Shown here in pieces: positions 1 through 10,748 of a stretch of DNA of 21,703 bases. Where the stretch lies: contig JBODTK010000105.1 in assembly GCA_050613775.1 (NCBI GenBank), forward strand, positions 558,001 to 579,703. Direction: 5' to 3'. Position 1 is the stretch's first letter. Every line of letters begins with the position of its first letter. The position numbers and the translations under genes were made by a program. The DNA is from Neocallimastix sp. 'constans'. Lineage: Eukaryota. Below the pieces are notes generated by a model. It was not told where the DNA came from. It made no database searches and was given only the letters and a program-made list of their open reading frames with translations.

Positions 1-10
1 ATTATTATTA

Positions 11-58
<48 letters not shown>

Positions 59-96
59 GATTTATATTGTTATTATTATTATTATTATGATTTCTA

Positions 97-131
<35 letters not shown>
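1..131. repeat. (ATT)n microsatellite, interrupted
   Basis: Directly visible ATT trinucleotide run with a few substitutions. Confidence 0.95.
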
Positions 132-132
<1 letters not shown>

Positions 133-1893
133 GTAGCACATAAAAATCCCGCATATCAATATGAATATCATGAAATAAAAATAACAAAAATAAGCATAAA
201 ACTTAAATAATAATAATAATAATATATATTTAATAGCAATGATAAAATTTCTTATAAAAAAAATACTATTATATAAAATTCTGGTTTGTCTCCTTTTGTA
301 GGGAGAAACTATTTTAAAGAGTATTCTTATTGATATTTATTAAATATTTAAAATTTTTTAGAGTAAAATAGTATAAAAAATAATTATCTTTTATTATAAT
401 ATTAAAGAATAAATTCACAAAAATTATAAACAATAAATTTTTGTTTTATATATTAATAATTAATAATTCTTTAACATAAATTTATTAAATCACGTTACTT
501 TTATAACATTTTTCATTTTATCATTTCATTATTAATTATTGAAATTTATTCATAATTAAAATTTTTATTTAAATTTTTATTTATATTTTTATTATGAAAA
601 GATTTAATTTATTACTTTTTTTTTAATATTTTAAATTGTTTTATTAAAAAAAAAATTAAAAGTTATTTAAATGTGTAATTATATTTCAACTTTCTTTTGG
701 TATATATTATATTTAATGAAATATATATATATATATATATATTTAGTTTAGAATTTTTAAAGAGATATTAATTTTTATATTTTACTATTATTCTATATTA
801 TAATTTTTTTATAGTTCTTTATAAAAATGGCTAAGTATTAATTAATACATCATATTAAATTTATATCCACAATTTGAAAACTATATTTATTATGATAACC
901 ACCATCATTCCTATTGTTATGAAAGTACATCAAAAGAATGTGAAATTTTAAATCAATTAAATAAAAATTGAACTAAGAAAAAAAATAAAATAAAAAGATA
1001 TTTATTATTAATTTAAATAATCTATATATATTATTATTGATTAAAAAAACAATTATGTATTATTTTTTATATATTTTTTTAATTTAATTATTTTAAACTC
1101 TATTCTAATATTAACAAATAATTAATATGATTTAAATTTATGGATATCTTTTAATTATTATTATTATTATTATTATTACACTAAAAATATTATTATTATT
1201 ATTATTATAATAATATTATTATACTTATTATTATTACACTTGTTAAATATTATTATAACTATTATTATTATTATTATTATTATTATCATTTATTATTATT
1301 ATTATAAGGATTAAGATAAAATTTTAAAAAGTTAATTATTTTTAATACATACAAATTTAGTAAAAATTCTAAAAATAAAAAAATTAATTTATTATCTAAA
1401 AGAGATTAAATATATATAGAAAAAAGAGAACTATAGATTCAACTTTTAATAAAATATATGTATAAACATAATTAAATATATATAAAAATAATTAAAAAAA
1501 ATGAAAAAGTAATAAGGAAGGGGTGAAGTAATACTAAAATACTTCTAATTTCTATAACTATTATAATAAAATAATATAGTTATATCTATTATAAATAATT
1601 GTTCAATTTAATAATTTATTATTCTTTTTTATACATCTACAGAGTTAATTTTAATTTTATGATTTTAACTTTCTTTTATATAATTATAATTTAAATCATA
1701 ATATCTGATATAAATATATTTCTATATATTTATATATTTATTAATCATGTATTAATTATAAATATAAATATCATTTGAATATTTTGTTTGATATAAAAAA
1801 TCAATAAACAAATAAATAAATAAAAACAAAAATAAAAAAAAAAACATAAATAAAAAAAGGGGAAAATATTTATATATAAATGTGTATACAAGA

Positions 1894-4532
1894 ATGCGAT
1901 TATTCACAACAATAGTAACTATTGAAAAACTCGGTGAAATAATTTCAAATGGTAATGTTAAAAAATTACGATTTTTATTGGAATATGCAAACAAACATAA
2001 TATTTCACTGGATTTAAATAAAAAAATTAGAAATGAAAGTTATCCTCTTTTTTTAGCAGTAGATAGTGATAATGTTGAAATAGTACAACTGTTATTTCGA
2101 TATGCAGATGATCAAAATATAATATTGAATGTGAATGAAAAAGACAATAAAGGTTATTATCCACTTTATTGGGCAATATGTAAAAATAACATTGATATAG
2201 TTCAACTTCTAATTGAATATGGAGATAATCATAATATTATTTTAACGGTAAATGATAAAGATTATGAAGATGGATGGTATCCACTCTATTTAGCAGCAGA
2301 TAATAACAATGTTATAATATTTAAATTATTGATAGAGTATGCTAATAAGTACAACATTATACTTGAACTAAATGAAAAAAATAAAGATGGATGGTATCCT
2401 CTTATATGGGCAACGCATTATAATAATAATATTGAAATGGTAAAATTATTGAAAGAATACGCAGATAGACATAACATAAAATTAAAATGGGATTGGCAAA
2501 TCAAAAATAATGAAATTATTAAAATATTAGAAAATAATACAGTGGTAATTTTTATTTTATTACACATATTAAATGGAAAAAAAAAAAAAGTATATATAAA
2601 TAAATTAACATGTTATTCTTATTTTATTGTATTATAACTATATATATTTAAAATTATTATCATTTTTTTTTTTGTTTGAAAATAAAATGTAATATATATA
2701 TATTTTCTGATAAAAGGAAAAAAATGGGCAAAAAATACCAAATAAGGAAGAAGAAGAAATGGGTAAATAATATACATAGAACTTTCAAAAGAAAATAATT
2801 AAAAAATAATGATAATTAATAAATTTTCATTTAGAAAATTATATAAAATTTTTATTATTAATATATATATATATTATATATATACAATATGAAATTAAAA
2901 TTAAAAATATAATGTATAAATGTACATATATATATATTATTTAAAATATTTTTTATTAGCTAAAATAATAGAATATATTGAAAATGATGATTTTAATAAT
3001 TTAAATTCATTAATAGAAAATAAGGAGAAACAACAATTATTATTGGAATTAAATAGAAAAAATAAAGATGGAAAATATCCATTCTACTCTGCTATACATA
3101 AAAATAATGAAAAGATTGTTAAATTATTGATTGATTATGCCGATAGAAACAATATTTCATTTGAAATTAACGAAAAAGATAAAAAAGGTACATATCCATT
3201 GATGTCAGCAGCATTCTGTAATAATATTGAAATTATGGGATTAATAAAAGATTATTCTGATCGACATAATATTATCTTAGAATTAAATGAAAAATATAAA
3301 AATGGAGAATATCCTCTTTTGTATGCTGTTGCTAATAATAATAGTCAAATGGTAGATATGATTATGGAGTACGCAGATAAGCATGGTATTTCGTTGGAAT
3401 TAAATGAGAAGACAAAGAATGGATTATATCCATTTTTATTAGCAACAATTAATGAGAATGATAAGATTATTAGTTCGTTAATAGAACATGCCAATAAACA
3501 TCAAATAATTCTGAAAGTGAATGAACGTGATGTTGACTGCGGAATATTTCCATTGCTAGAAGCTGTATCCAAAAATAATATTAAAATTGTTCAGTTATTA
3601 ATAGACTATACCAATAAACAAAATATTGCTTTAGATTTAAATGCAAAAAATAATGAAAATCGATATCCACTTTATTACGCTGTCTCTAATAACAATGTGG
3701 AGATAACAAAATTATTAATGGAATTCGCAGATCAGCATAACATTGTTATAGAATTTAATGAAAAAATTAAAGATGGAAGATTTCCATTTTATATAGCGGT
3801 CTATAAAAACTTTATTGAAATAGTGAAGCTCTTAATAGAATATGCTAATAAGCACGGAATTGATTTGGAAATAAACAAGAAATATGATGATATGTATCCA
3901 TTTGATTTTGTTGTTATAAATAATAATCTTGAGATAGCTAAATTAATAGTGAACTATGCAAATGAACATAATATTAAAGTAGAATGGGATATCGATATTA
4001 CTAATCCTGAGTTTAATAAATTACTGAATTGTACTTCAGAAAATGAAGAAAAGGTAATTAAATAAATAAAAATTTTATTAACTTTATCTTTAAAAAAAAT
4101 GGATAATATCTATATAAACAAATAAAATATTATAGTAAAAGAAATAAAATAATTTAAATTAAAATATTAAGTAAAAAGTAAAATAATTTTTACACTTTAA
4201 TAAAGTAATGATAGTAATATTAATAATAAAAATAGTAATAATAAGTAATAATAATATTAATTTTATATTAAATTATTAATAAAATTTATATTTATAACAA
4301 ATATATAAATGCTTTTTTATATTTTTATTAATTTTTTTTTTAAAAAAAAATAATTAAGAATTTAAATGAAGAAGATAAAGAAAATAATGCACTACCAAAT
4401 AATGCTGATGAATCTACAAAAGAAAAATTAATTAATAATTCTTCTGAGCAAGAATCAATGCATTCATCAACAAAGCATCATGTTTTACAATCATCTAATA
4501 ATTCAGAAATTTCAACTTCATTTCGTCCATAA
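1894..4532 (+). CDS. Ankyrin-repeat protein, spliced: join(1894..2544,2717..2762,2960..4053,4359..4532), 654 aa
   Basis: ORFs 1882-2637 and 2920-4065 encode repeats of the form G.YPL..A...NN.EIVKLLIEYA..HNI.L..NEK. Three GT-AG introns have compatible phases: GTAATT 2545/AAAG 2716 (phase 0), GTAAAT 2763/TTAG 2959 (phase 1, G+CT gives Ala), GTAATT 4054/TAAG 4358 (phase 0). The last exon is open to TAA at 4530-4532. The start ATG at 1894 is the least certain part. Confidence 0.85.
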
Positions 4533-5150
4533 AAAAATATTTATTTATATATTTTTATTAATGATTTTAAACATAATATATTTATAGATTGATATATATA
4601 TATATTTTTCTTCTTAATCTATTTAAATATTCAAATATATATAATTAGAAGTAATTTATTAATAGTTGTAGTACTATAGTCTCAAAGTATAAAAATTATA
4701 GATAATACAAATATATATAAAATTATATACCTTTTTCTTAATATTTTTCCTCTTTTTTTTTTAAAAAAAATTTTTTATATTGATTATTAGATTTAAATTT
4801 CACACATAAATAAAATAAAGACATTTAATTAAATATGATTAAATATGATATTAATTTATAAATAAAAAAAAAATAAATGAAATATCTTTTATATGAATAA
4901 ATAATTTTTTAATTTTTTTTTTTAAATTTTTTATTTTTTTATATTTATATATATATATATATTATTTTATTTTTTATAACATCATAAAATTACTATTCAG
5001 ACAATTCTGAAATTGAGTAAGATTTAATATTAAAATAAAAGAATGAAACAAATTAATAAATTTTATAATTTACTATCTTTAATATCTAATTTCAAAAAAG
5101 CATATAAATTTATGTAAAATATATTAAATTGAAATAAAAATATTAAATTA

Positions 5151-5191
<41 letters not shown>

Positions 5192-5229
5192 AAATAATAA
5201 ACAAAATTTTTACTTTTAATTTATTTATC

Positions 5230-6290
5230 ATCAAAGTGTTTTTAAGAAATTATCAATATAAGATAATTTAATTGTATCATCATTATTGGAATTTCTGAGT
5301 CCTTCATTGTTATTTTTAACAAATTTTTCATTAAAAATTAGAATTTTGATATTTAAATATATTATTTTCTATATTTATTTTATTTTGAAAATATATTTTT
5401 AATTATTATTATTATTAATTGGAAATTTTATATGTTCTTTGTAATTTTTATGTTCTCTCTCAAAAAGAAATTGAAAAAGAATAAAAAAAATATTTTAATT
5501 TAAATATTGGGTGTATTTTTATTGAAATGTGCATCAATTACTAACTGCGACAATTGATTTGGAATGGCTATATCATCTTTATTGGGTTCTTTATATTTAC
5601 TTTTATATGTATGATTGGGATTATTAATCATTATAGTAGTTGCACAGACGTTATCAATAGCACCCAACTATCTTAGCATTATTTATATCTAACTTTAAAC
5701 CTTTATATACATGAGATCTAAATTTTAGTGAAACTTCAGATAGTTCTTCAAATGTGATATTACATTTGGTAGTATTTAAATCTTTAACTACATCATATGA
5801 TATATGGTATGCTATCATTTGAATTTTTTATTGTACTTATGGAATCTTGGTTCCTGGAGGCTTATTTACTTTTTACTTTTTTATTTACGAATTTGGTTAT
5901 AGGTTTGGTTAAAGTAATATTATTTTCTTCATGATCAGGAATCTTCACATTCTTATTGTCAATATTCACAATTTCAATAGACGTTTCAAAAGTACTGGCT
6001 CTTTCTATATCTTGAATTGCTTTTTCCTTAGCTTTTTTCATAACCAATTAAGAGTTGAGCCATTATCAAGAGATCAAGGGATATATTTTATATGTCACCT
6101 GTTTAGAAATTGAATTTGTTTCCAGTTCTTCTTCATTTTGAAAAGCAGGTGAAGCAATAGGTGAATGATAATTTTTAAGGCTATTATGAATACTCTTTTC
6201 TTTGTTAGTCTCGTGATCTTTACTAACATTGGTGCTTTTTTTAATGAAAGTAGTAAACAGTAATTTTCATTTAGAAGCAATTCATTATCC
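5230..6290 (-). pseudogene. Decayed Ty3/gypsy gag-protease region
   Basis: Manual minus-strand translation gives SYDVVKDLNTTKCNITFEELSEVSLKFRSHVYKGLKL (about 5800-5690), resembling the pre-protease motif of fungal gypsy polyproteins. After a frameshift it reads KDDIAI...LVIDAHFN, a decayed protease active-site region. Many stops and frameshifts; boundaries approximate. Confidence 0.6.
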
Positions 6291-6291
6291 T

Positions 6292-6775
6292 TGATACGGA
6301 CTGGGGTTGAAACACTAAGATATTCAAATCAAAAAAATAATTATTAACACACAAAGATGAAAATAAATTCGGAAACAAAAAAATTAATTTTTAAATATTC
6401 TTTATTTAAATTTAAAACTAAAATTATTTGTTCCAAGTATTAAAAAGAAAGAAATTTATTCTTCTTTTTATACTTTTATTTAATACATTTTATTTATCTT
6501 TATTATATTTTTTATATAAAAAAAAACTATTCTAACTATTTTATTTTTAACTTTTTACTATTATTTTATATTATTTTTAATATTTTTATATTGCTAAAAA
6601 AAAAACATTTATTAAACTAAACTAATAAAATTAAATTTTGAGGTTGTATCACGAAGGGCGTTCCCTGTGGTAGTTTCTTCTTGATATTGTCTTCATAGAT
6701 AGAATTATACAGAATTGATGTTATCTGTATTTTAGATCATTTTTGTTATTGAAGAATTTCTGTATTTTAGTTATA
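6292..6775 (-). mobile_element. Partial LTR of family A (3' half)
   Basis: Starts TGATACGGACTGGGGTTGAAACACTAAG, aligning with 8822 onward and with the reverse complement of the end of 19354-21410. Similarity stops near 6775. No PBS and no clear TSD. Confidence 0.85.
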
Positions 6776-7063
6776 TCATTTCATAGAATTTTTATTATTA
6801 TCATTATTTTCTTTCATTAAATTTTTATTCTTTTCTTTATCACTATTTACATTATTTTCAATAATTTCATCATTATTATATATATATATATATTTTTTTT
6901 TATTTATTTATTTGTTATCGGTTATTATTAAAAGATTCACAATTACAATTACAATTATTATTATGTTTATATAATTACAACTTAAAAAAAACAAATAAAC
7001 TTAATTAAAAACAAGGTAAATTAACAAACCTAATACAACTTGAAAAACCACTATCTATTACAA

Positions 7064-7357
7064 TCTGCCAACCTCGCAGAGGGACCTTAGTATTTCGGTA
7101 TACTAAGTGAATTTGCCTGAGTCAAGTGGAGGAGTACTCAAACCGTGTTGAACGTATAATGAGTGATCTATAGGGTAATTTCTGCTTCCCAACAGTATTT
7201 ACCTCTATATCTAATCGGGGTTCGATTAGTTAGTAATCGGCCCCTCTCCAAACACTCGATTAAACCACTCGCAATTATAGAATTATCTATAACTGCTTAG
7301 TACGCAGTACTCTCAGTTTAAAGTTTTATTTGGAGCACGCGAAGACCAAATAAAACT
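7064..7357. other. GC-enriched multi-hairpin non-coding segment
   Basis: Six stems: 7064-7068/7076-7080, 7086-7093/7100-7107, 7169-7178/7199-7209, 7211-7217/7223-7229, 7271-7281/7286-7296, 7322-7333/7346-7357. Confidence 0.55.
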
Positions 7358-7377
7358 GATGTTAATTTTTATAACAC

Positions 7378-7408
<31 letters not shown>

Positions 7409-7552
7409 CACTAAAAACCAATGACAATAAAAAAATAAATTATGATGATGATGATAAAAGTGTGAAAATATATATTTTTTTTTTAAATTTAATTAATTTT
7501 AATGTAATTTAATTTAAATCTATTTAGTTTAATTTATAAAAATTTTTTTAAT

Positions 7553-7713
7553 GGTTCCAGTAGTTCTAGTAGTTCCAGTAGTTCCCATAACTTCCAAAAG
7601 TTCCAGTAGCTTCCAAGGTTCCTTCTTCTTCTTTTTCTTCTTTTTCTTCTTCTTTTTCTTCTTTTTCTTCTTCTTCTTCTTCTTCTTCTTCTTCTTCTTC
7701 TTCTTTTTCTTCT
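7553..7713. repeat. Degenerate 9-bp repeats (GTTCCAGTA) followed by a (CTT)n tract
   Basis: Directly visible; lies immediately downstream (minus strand) of the PBS at 7714-7731. Confidence 0.9.
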
Positions 7714-7731
7714 TCCCCGATATCTCCACCA
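7714..7731 (-). promoter_or_regulatory. Primer-binding site complementary to a tRNA-Ala 3' end (TGGTGGAGATATCGGGGA)
   Basis: Begins TGG, 4 nt after the LTR end at 7736. Its complement ...AUCUCCACCA fits the Ala acceptor stem (U70 of the G3:U70 pair). Confidence 0.8.
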
Positions 7732-7735
7732 ATTT

Positions 7736-8364
7736 TGGTAGACTAATTAAATCAAGCAGAGGGGGATGGGAGTTACCCTGCTTTGATTTAATAAATTTAA
7801 TAAAAAAAATTTTTTTTAATAAAATTATTTATTATTTATTAATAATTAATATTTTTCTTGAAGTTACATATTTATATTTTAAAAATTTCTTGTGATATTA
7901 ATATTTTTTTTATAAATTTAACTATAATTAATTGTTTATAATTTAAATAATTTTATAGAATTATTGAATTAATTTTATATCAATAATTCATTTTTGTTTT
8001 AATTTTTATAAATATAATAATATAATATTTAAATATAATTTAATTAGAAATAATTATAAAATAAATATATAGAAAATAGTTTTTACTATTTTCTTTGATA
8101 TTTTTAAGTTAGTTTAAATTAATTTATATCAAAATAAATTAATTTTTATAATTAGGTTTAGGTTATCAAGAATATAGGAAAGTACAATTTAATAAATAAT
8201 TATTAATAATATTTTATACAAAATAAAGGTTATTAATTCATTCTTTACCAAATTTAAACTTGTAATTAGGTTTAGGTTATCAAGAATATAGGAAAGTACA
8301 ATTTAGTAAAGAATTATTAATAATATTTTATACAAAATAAAGGTTATTTATTCATTCTTTACCA
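7736..8364 (-). mobile_element. 5' LTR of family F (629 bp)
   Basis: TGGTA...TACCA termini, followed on the minus strand by the Ala PBS. Hairpin 7748-7790 near its 3' end. Internal duplication 8149-8250/8263-8364. Confidence 0.75.
8149..8364. repeat. Tandem duplication of about 102 bp, period 114
   Basis: TAATTAGGTTTAGGTTATCAAG...CATTCTTTACCA occurs at 8149-8250 and 8263-8364 with a few substitutions. Confidence 0.95.
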
Positions 8365-8368
8365 CATT

Positions 8369-8817
8369 TGGTATGTGTTATTGTACCTGGAGCTTTTTTT
8401 TTGACACTACTCTAGTTAAGATAAATTATTCTAAATTGAATAAACACAAAAATTAATAACTTTTATTTATTTATTATTAAAATATTTTTTTTATTATTTT
8501 TTTTTATTAATATTTTTTTTTATTATATTATTTTATTACAAATTATTTTAGTTATTACATTTTATTATCATCTAGCTAACTATATATTTTTATTTCTTAT
8601 TATCTACACTACATTTTTTTATCTTTTTCCTCTCCTATTCTTTTCTTTCTAATCTCTCTCCCCCTTTTATAATTATTTTCTTATTTATATCTTTTTTATA
8701 TTTTTTTTCTCATTTAAGATTATAGTTGTTTATTTCTTAAAATTTTAAATATTTAATCTTTGAACTTTATTCTTGAATTTATTGTTTATTTCATAGTTAT
8801 TAGGGTGTCCCGTACCA
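8369..8817 (-). mobile_element. Solo LTR of family G (449 bp) with CATT TSD
   Basis: Termini TGGTATG/CGTACCA. CATT on both sides (8365-8368, 8818-8821). Minus orientation is inferred from TATAAAAGGGG at 8671-8661. Confidence 0.75.
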
Positions 8818-8821
8818 CATT

Positions 8822-9814
8822 TGATACTGGCTGGGGTTGAAACACTAAGATATTCAAAACAAAAAAAATAGATATTACACAAAAATGAATTTGGAAACAA
8901 AAACAATTAATTTTTAAAATATTCTTTATTTAAAATTAAAATTAAAATTAAAATTATTTGTTCCCCGGTATTAAAAAGAAAGAAATTTATTCTTCTTTTT
9001 ATACTTTTATTTTAATACATTTTATTTATCATTAATTTATTCTTTATAAAAAAAAAACTATTATAACTATTTTATTTTAATTTTTAACTATTATTTTAAA
9101 TTGTTTTTTTTTTTTGAAAAAAATAACATTTATTAAATAAAAATTAATTTAGAGATTGTATCACGAAGGGCGGTAGCTTCTTCTTGATATTGTTTTCAGA
9201 GAGAGAATTATACAGAATTGATATTTTCTGTATTTTAGATCATTTTTATTATTGAAATTCTTCTGTATTTTAGTTCATTTTTATTTTAATAAAGATTTAA
9301 TTTATTTTTGATTTTTGTTTTATTTTTAGTTTATTTTAAAGGTTTAGAAAATATTATACTGAAACTTATAATTCTGTATTATATATCAAATATTTATTGA
9401 ATTAGGTTTTTATTATACTTAATATAAAAATAAGAATTAGTAATGATTTAAATTATATATAATTTTTAATAAGAGTATTTAGTAATAATTTTTGTTATAT
9501 TTAATATTAATAAAAGAAATTAGTAAGAATATTTAATAATAATTTTTATTATATTTGATATTAATAAAAAATATTTAATAATAATATTTATTAAATTTAA
9601 TATTAATAAAAGAAATTTATAATAATATTTAATAATAATTTTTATTATATTTGATATTAATAAAAGAAATTAGTAAGAATATTTAATAATAAATATTTAT
9701 TATATTTAATATTAATAAAAGAAATTTATAAGAATATTTAATAATAATTTTTATTAAATTATTATTAAGAGTATTTAATAGGAAATACAAGGTATTTAGT
9801 GACACCCCGTATCA
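8822..9814 (-). mobile_element. Solo LTR of family A (993 bp)
   Basis: Termini TGATAC/GTATCA. Colinear in reverse complement with 19354-21410 except for a shorter repeat array. Flanks CATT and TATT (3/4 match). Confidence 0.9.
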
Positions 9815-9818
9815 TATT

Positions 9819-10725
9819 TGTTGAGGTTCGGGACAGATTAATAATAAATATAGAAGTAAACACTAAAATAAAAAAAAAATTAAAAATTAAAATATATCTT
9901 TTTAAAATATTTTATTTATTTATTTAATAAAAATTATTCAATTAAAACTAAAGATAATATAATTTTTTTTGAATAAGATTATATCTTTTAATATTATTTA
10001 TTTAAAATACAATTTTTTCATCTATTTATATTTTTTTTTATCGTTAGAAATGGTCAAGCCATTTCTTTAGAATATTTTAGAGTTATATGTTTGAATTGTA
10101 TTTAAATTATAAATTCATAATCTATTCTATTATAATAAATAATTATTATATATAATTCTAAACTATTTATTATTAATTGTAGTGATAATATATTTTAAAA
10201 ATAATTTTATTACTTTTACAGAACTATTAGTAATAGAGTATTATTTAATTTCATACTATTTTTAAATAAAAGTATTTTAGATTATTATCTATTATTAATA
10301 TTATTATAAATAGGGTGTATTTTGGAAGGAAGTATTACTAATTTTAATGACAAGGATCATGGATTTAAATAAAATATTTTTAAATCATTATTAATTATAT
10401 TAATTTTATTAATAATAAATAATCTGTATTAGTAATATTTGTAAAATAAAATTTTCTTTAATAATAAAATATTAATAGAATAAATCATATTAATAAAACT
10501 AGATATTGATAATAATATTGATATTAATAATATAGTATTATTTTTAATAATAAAGTATTGATATCGATAAAGAATTTATATTAATAATAATAAATTTAAT
10601 ATTAGTAATAATTTGGCAGAACATAAGAAAGTTCTCCAAGTAAGGAAATAAATAATTAAATTTTAGTGGTTAAGTTATTTTTATGAAAAATAATAAAATT
10701 AAATTTATTTGTTCATTCCTTAACA
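9819..10725 (-). mobile_element. 3' LTR of gypsy element B (907 bp)
   Basis: Minus-strand termini TGTTAAGG...CCTCAACA (7/8 inverted match). Immediately preceded by a PPT-like tract and the end of pol. Confidence 0.8.
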
Positions 10726-10740
10726 AGATGCCCTCGCTAA
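10726..10740 (-). promoter_or_regulatory. PPT-like plus-strand priming site of element B (TTAGCGAGGGCATCT)
   Basis: Lies between the pol stop (10749-10751) and the LTR. Same ...ATCT|TG junction as the PPT at 18676-18690. Confidence 0.65.
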
Positions 10741-10748
10741 GACTCAAG

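Noticed and set aside
827..970. Possible upstream coding exon(s) of the ankyrin gene
   Set aside because: Slightly more complex sequence, but no convincing open frame or splice path to 1894 could be shown.
1752..1994. 80-aa minus-strand ORF
   Set aside because: Antisense shadow of the ankyrin exon and its A-rich leader.
7064..7357. Hammerhead ribozyme, group I intron, snRNA or RNase MRP
   Set aside because: No complete CUGANGA/GAAA core, ordered P-Q-R-S elements, or snRNA/MRP signature could be found on either strand.
6913..7376. Solo LTR bounded by TGTTAT...ATAACA around the hairpin island
   Set aside because: Flanks TTATT and CACCA do not form a TSD, and a 6-bp AT-rich inverted match is likely by chance. 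Not fully excluded.
7529..7895. Poly-Lys and poly-Phe ORFs
   Set aside because: Translations of the (CTT)n tract overlapping a PBS and an LTR; not credible genes.
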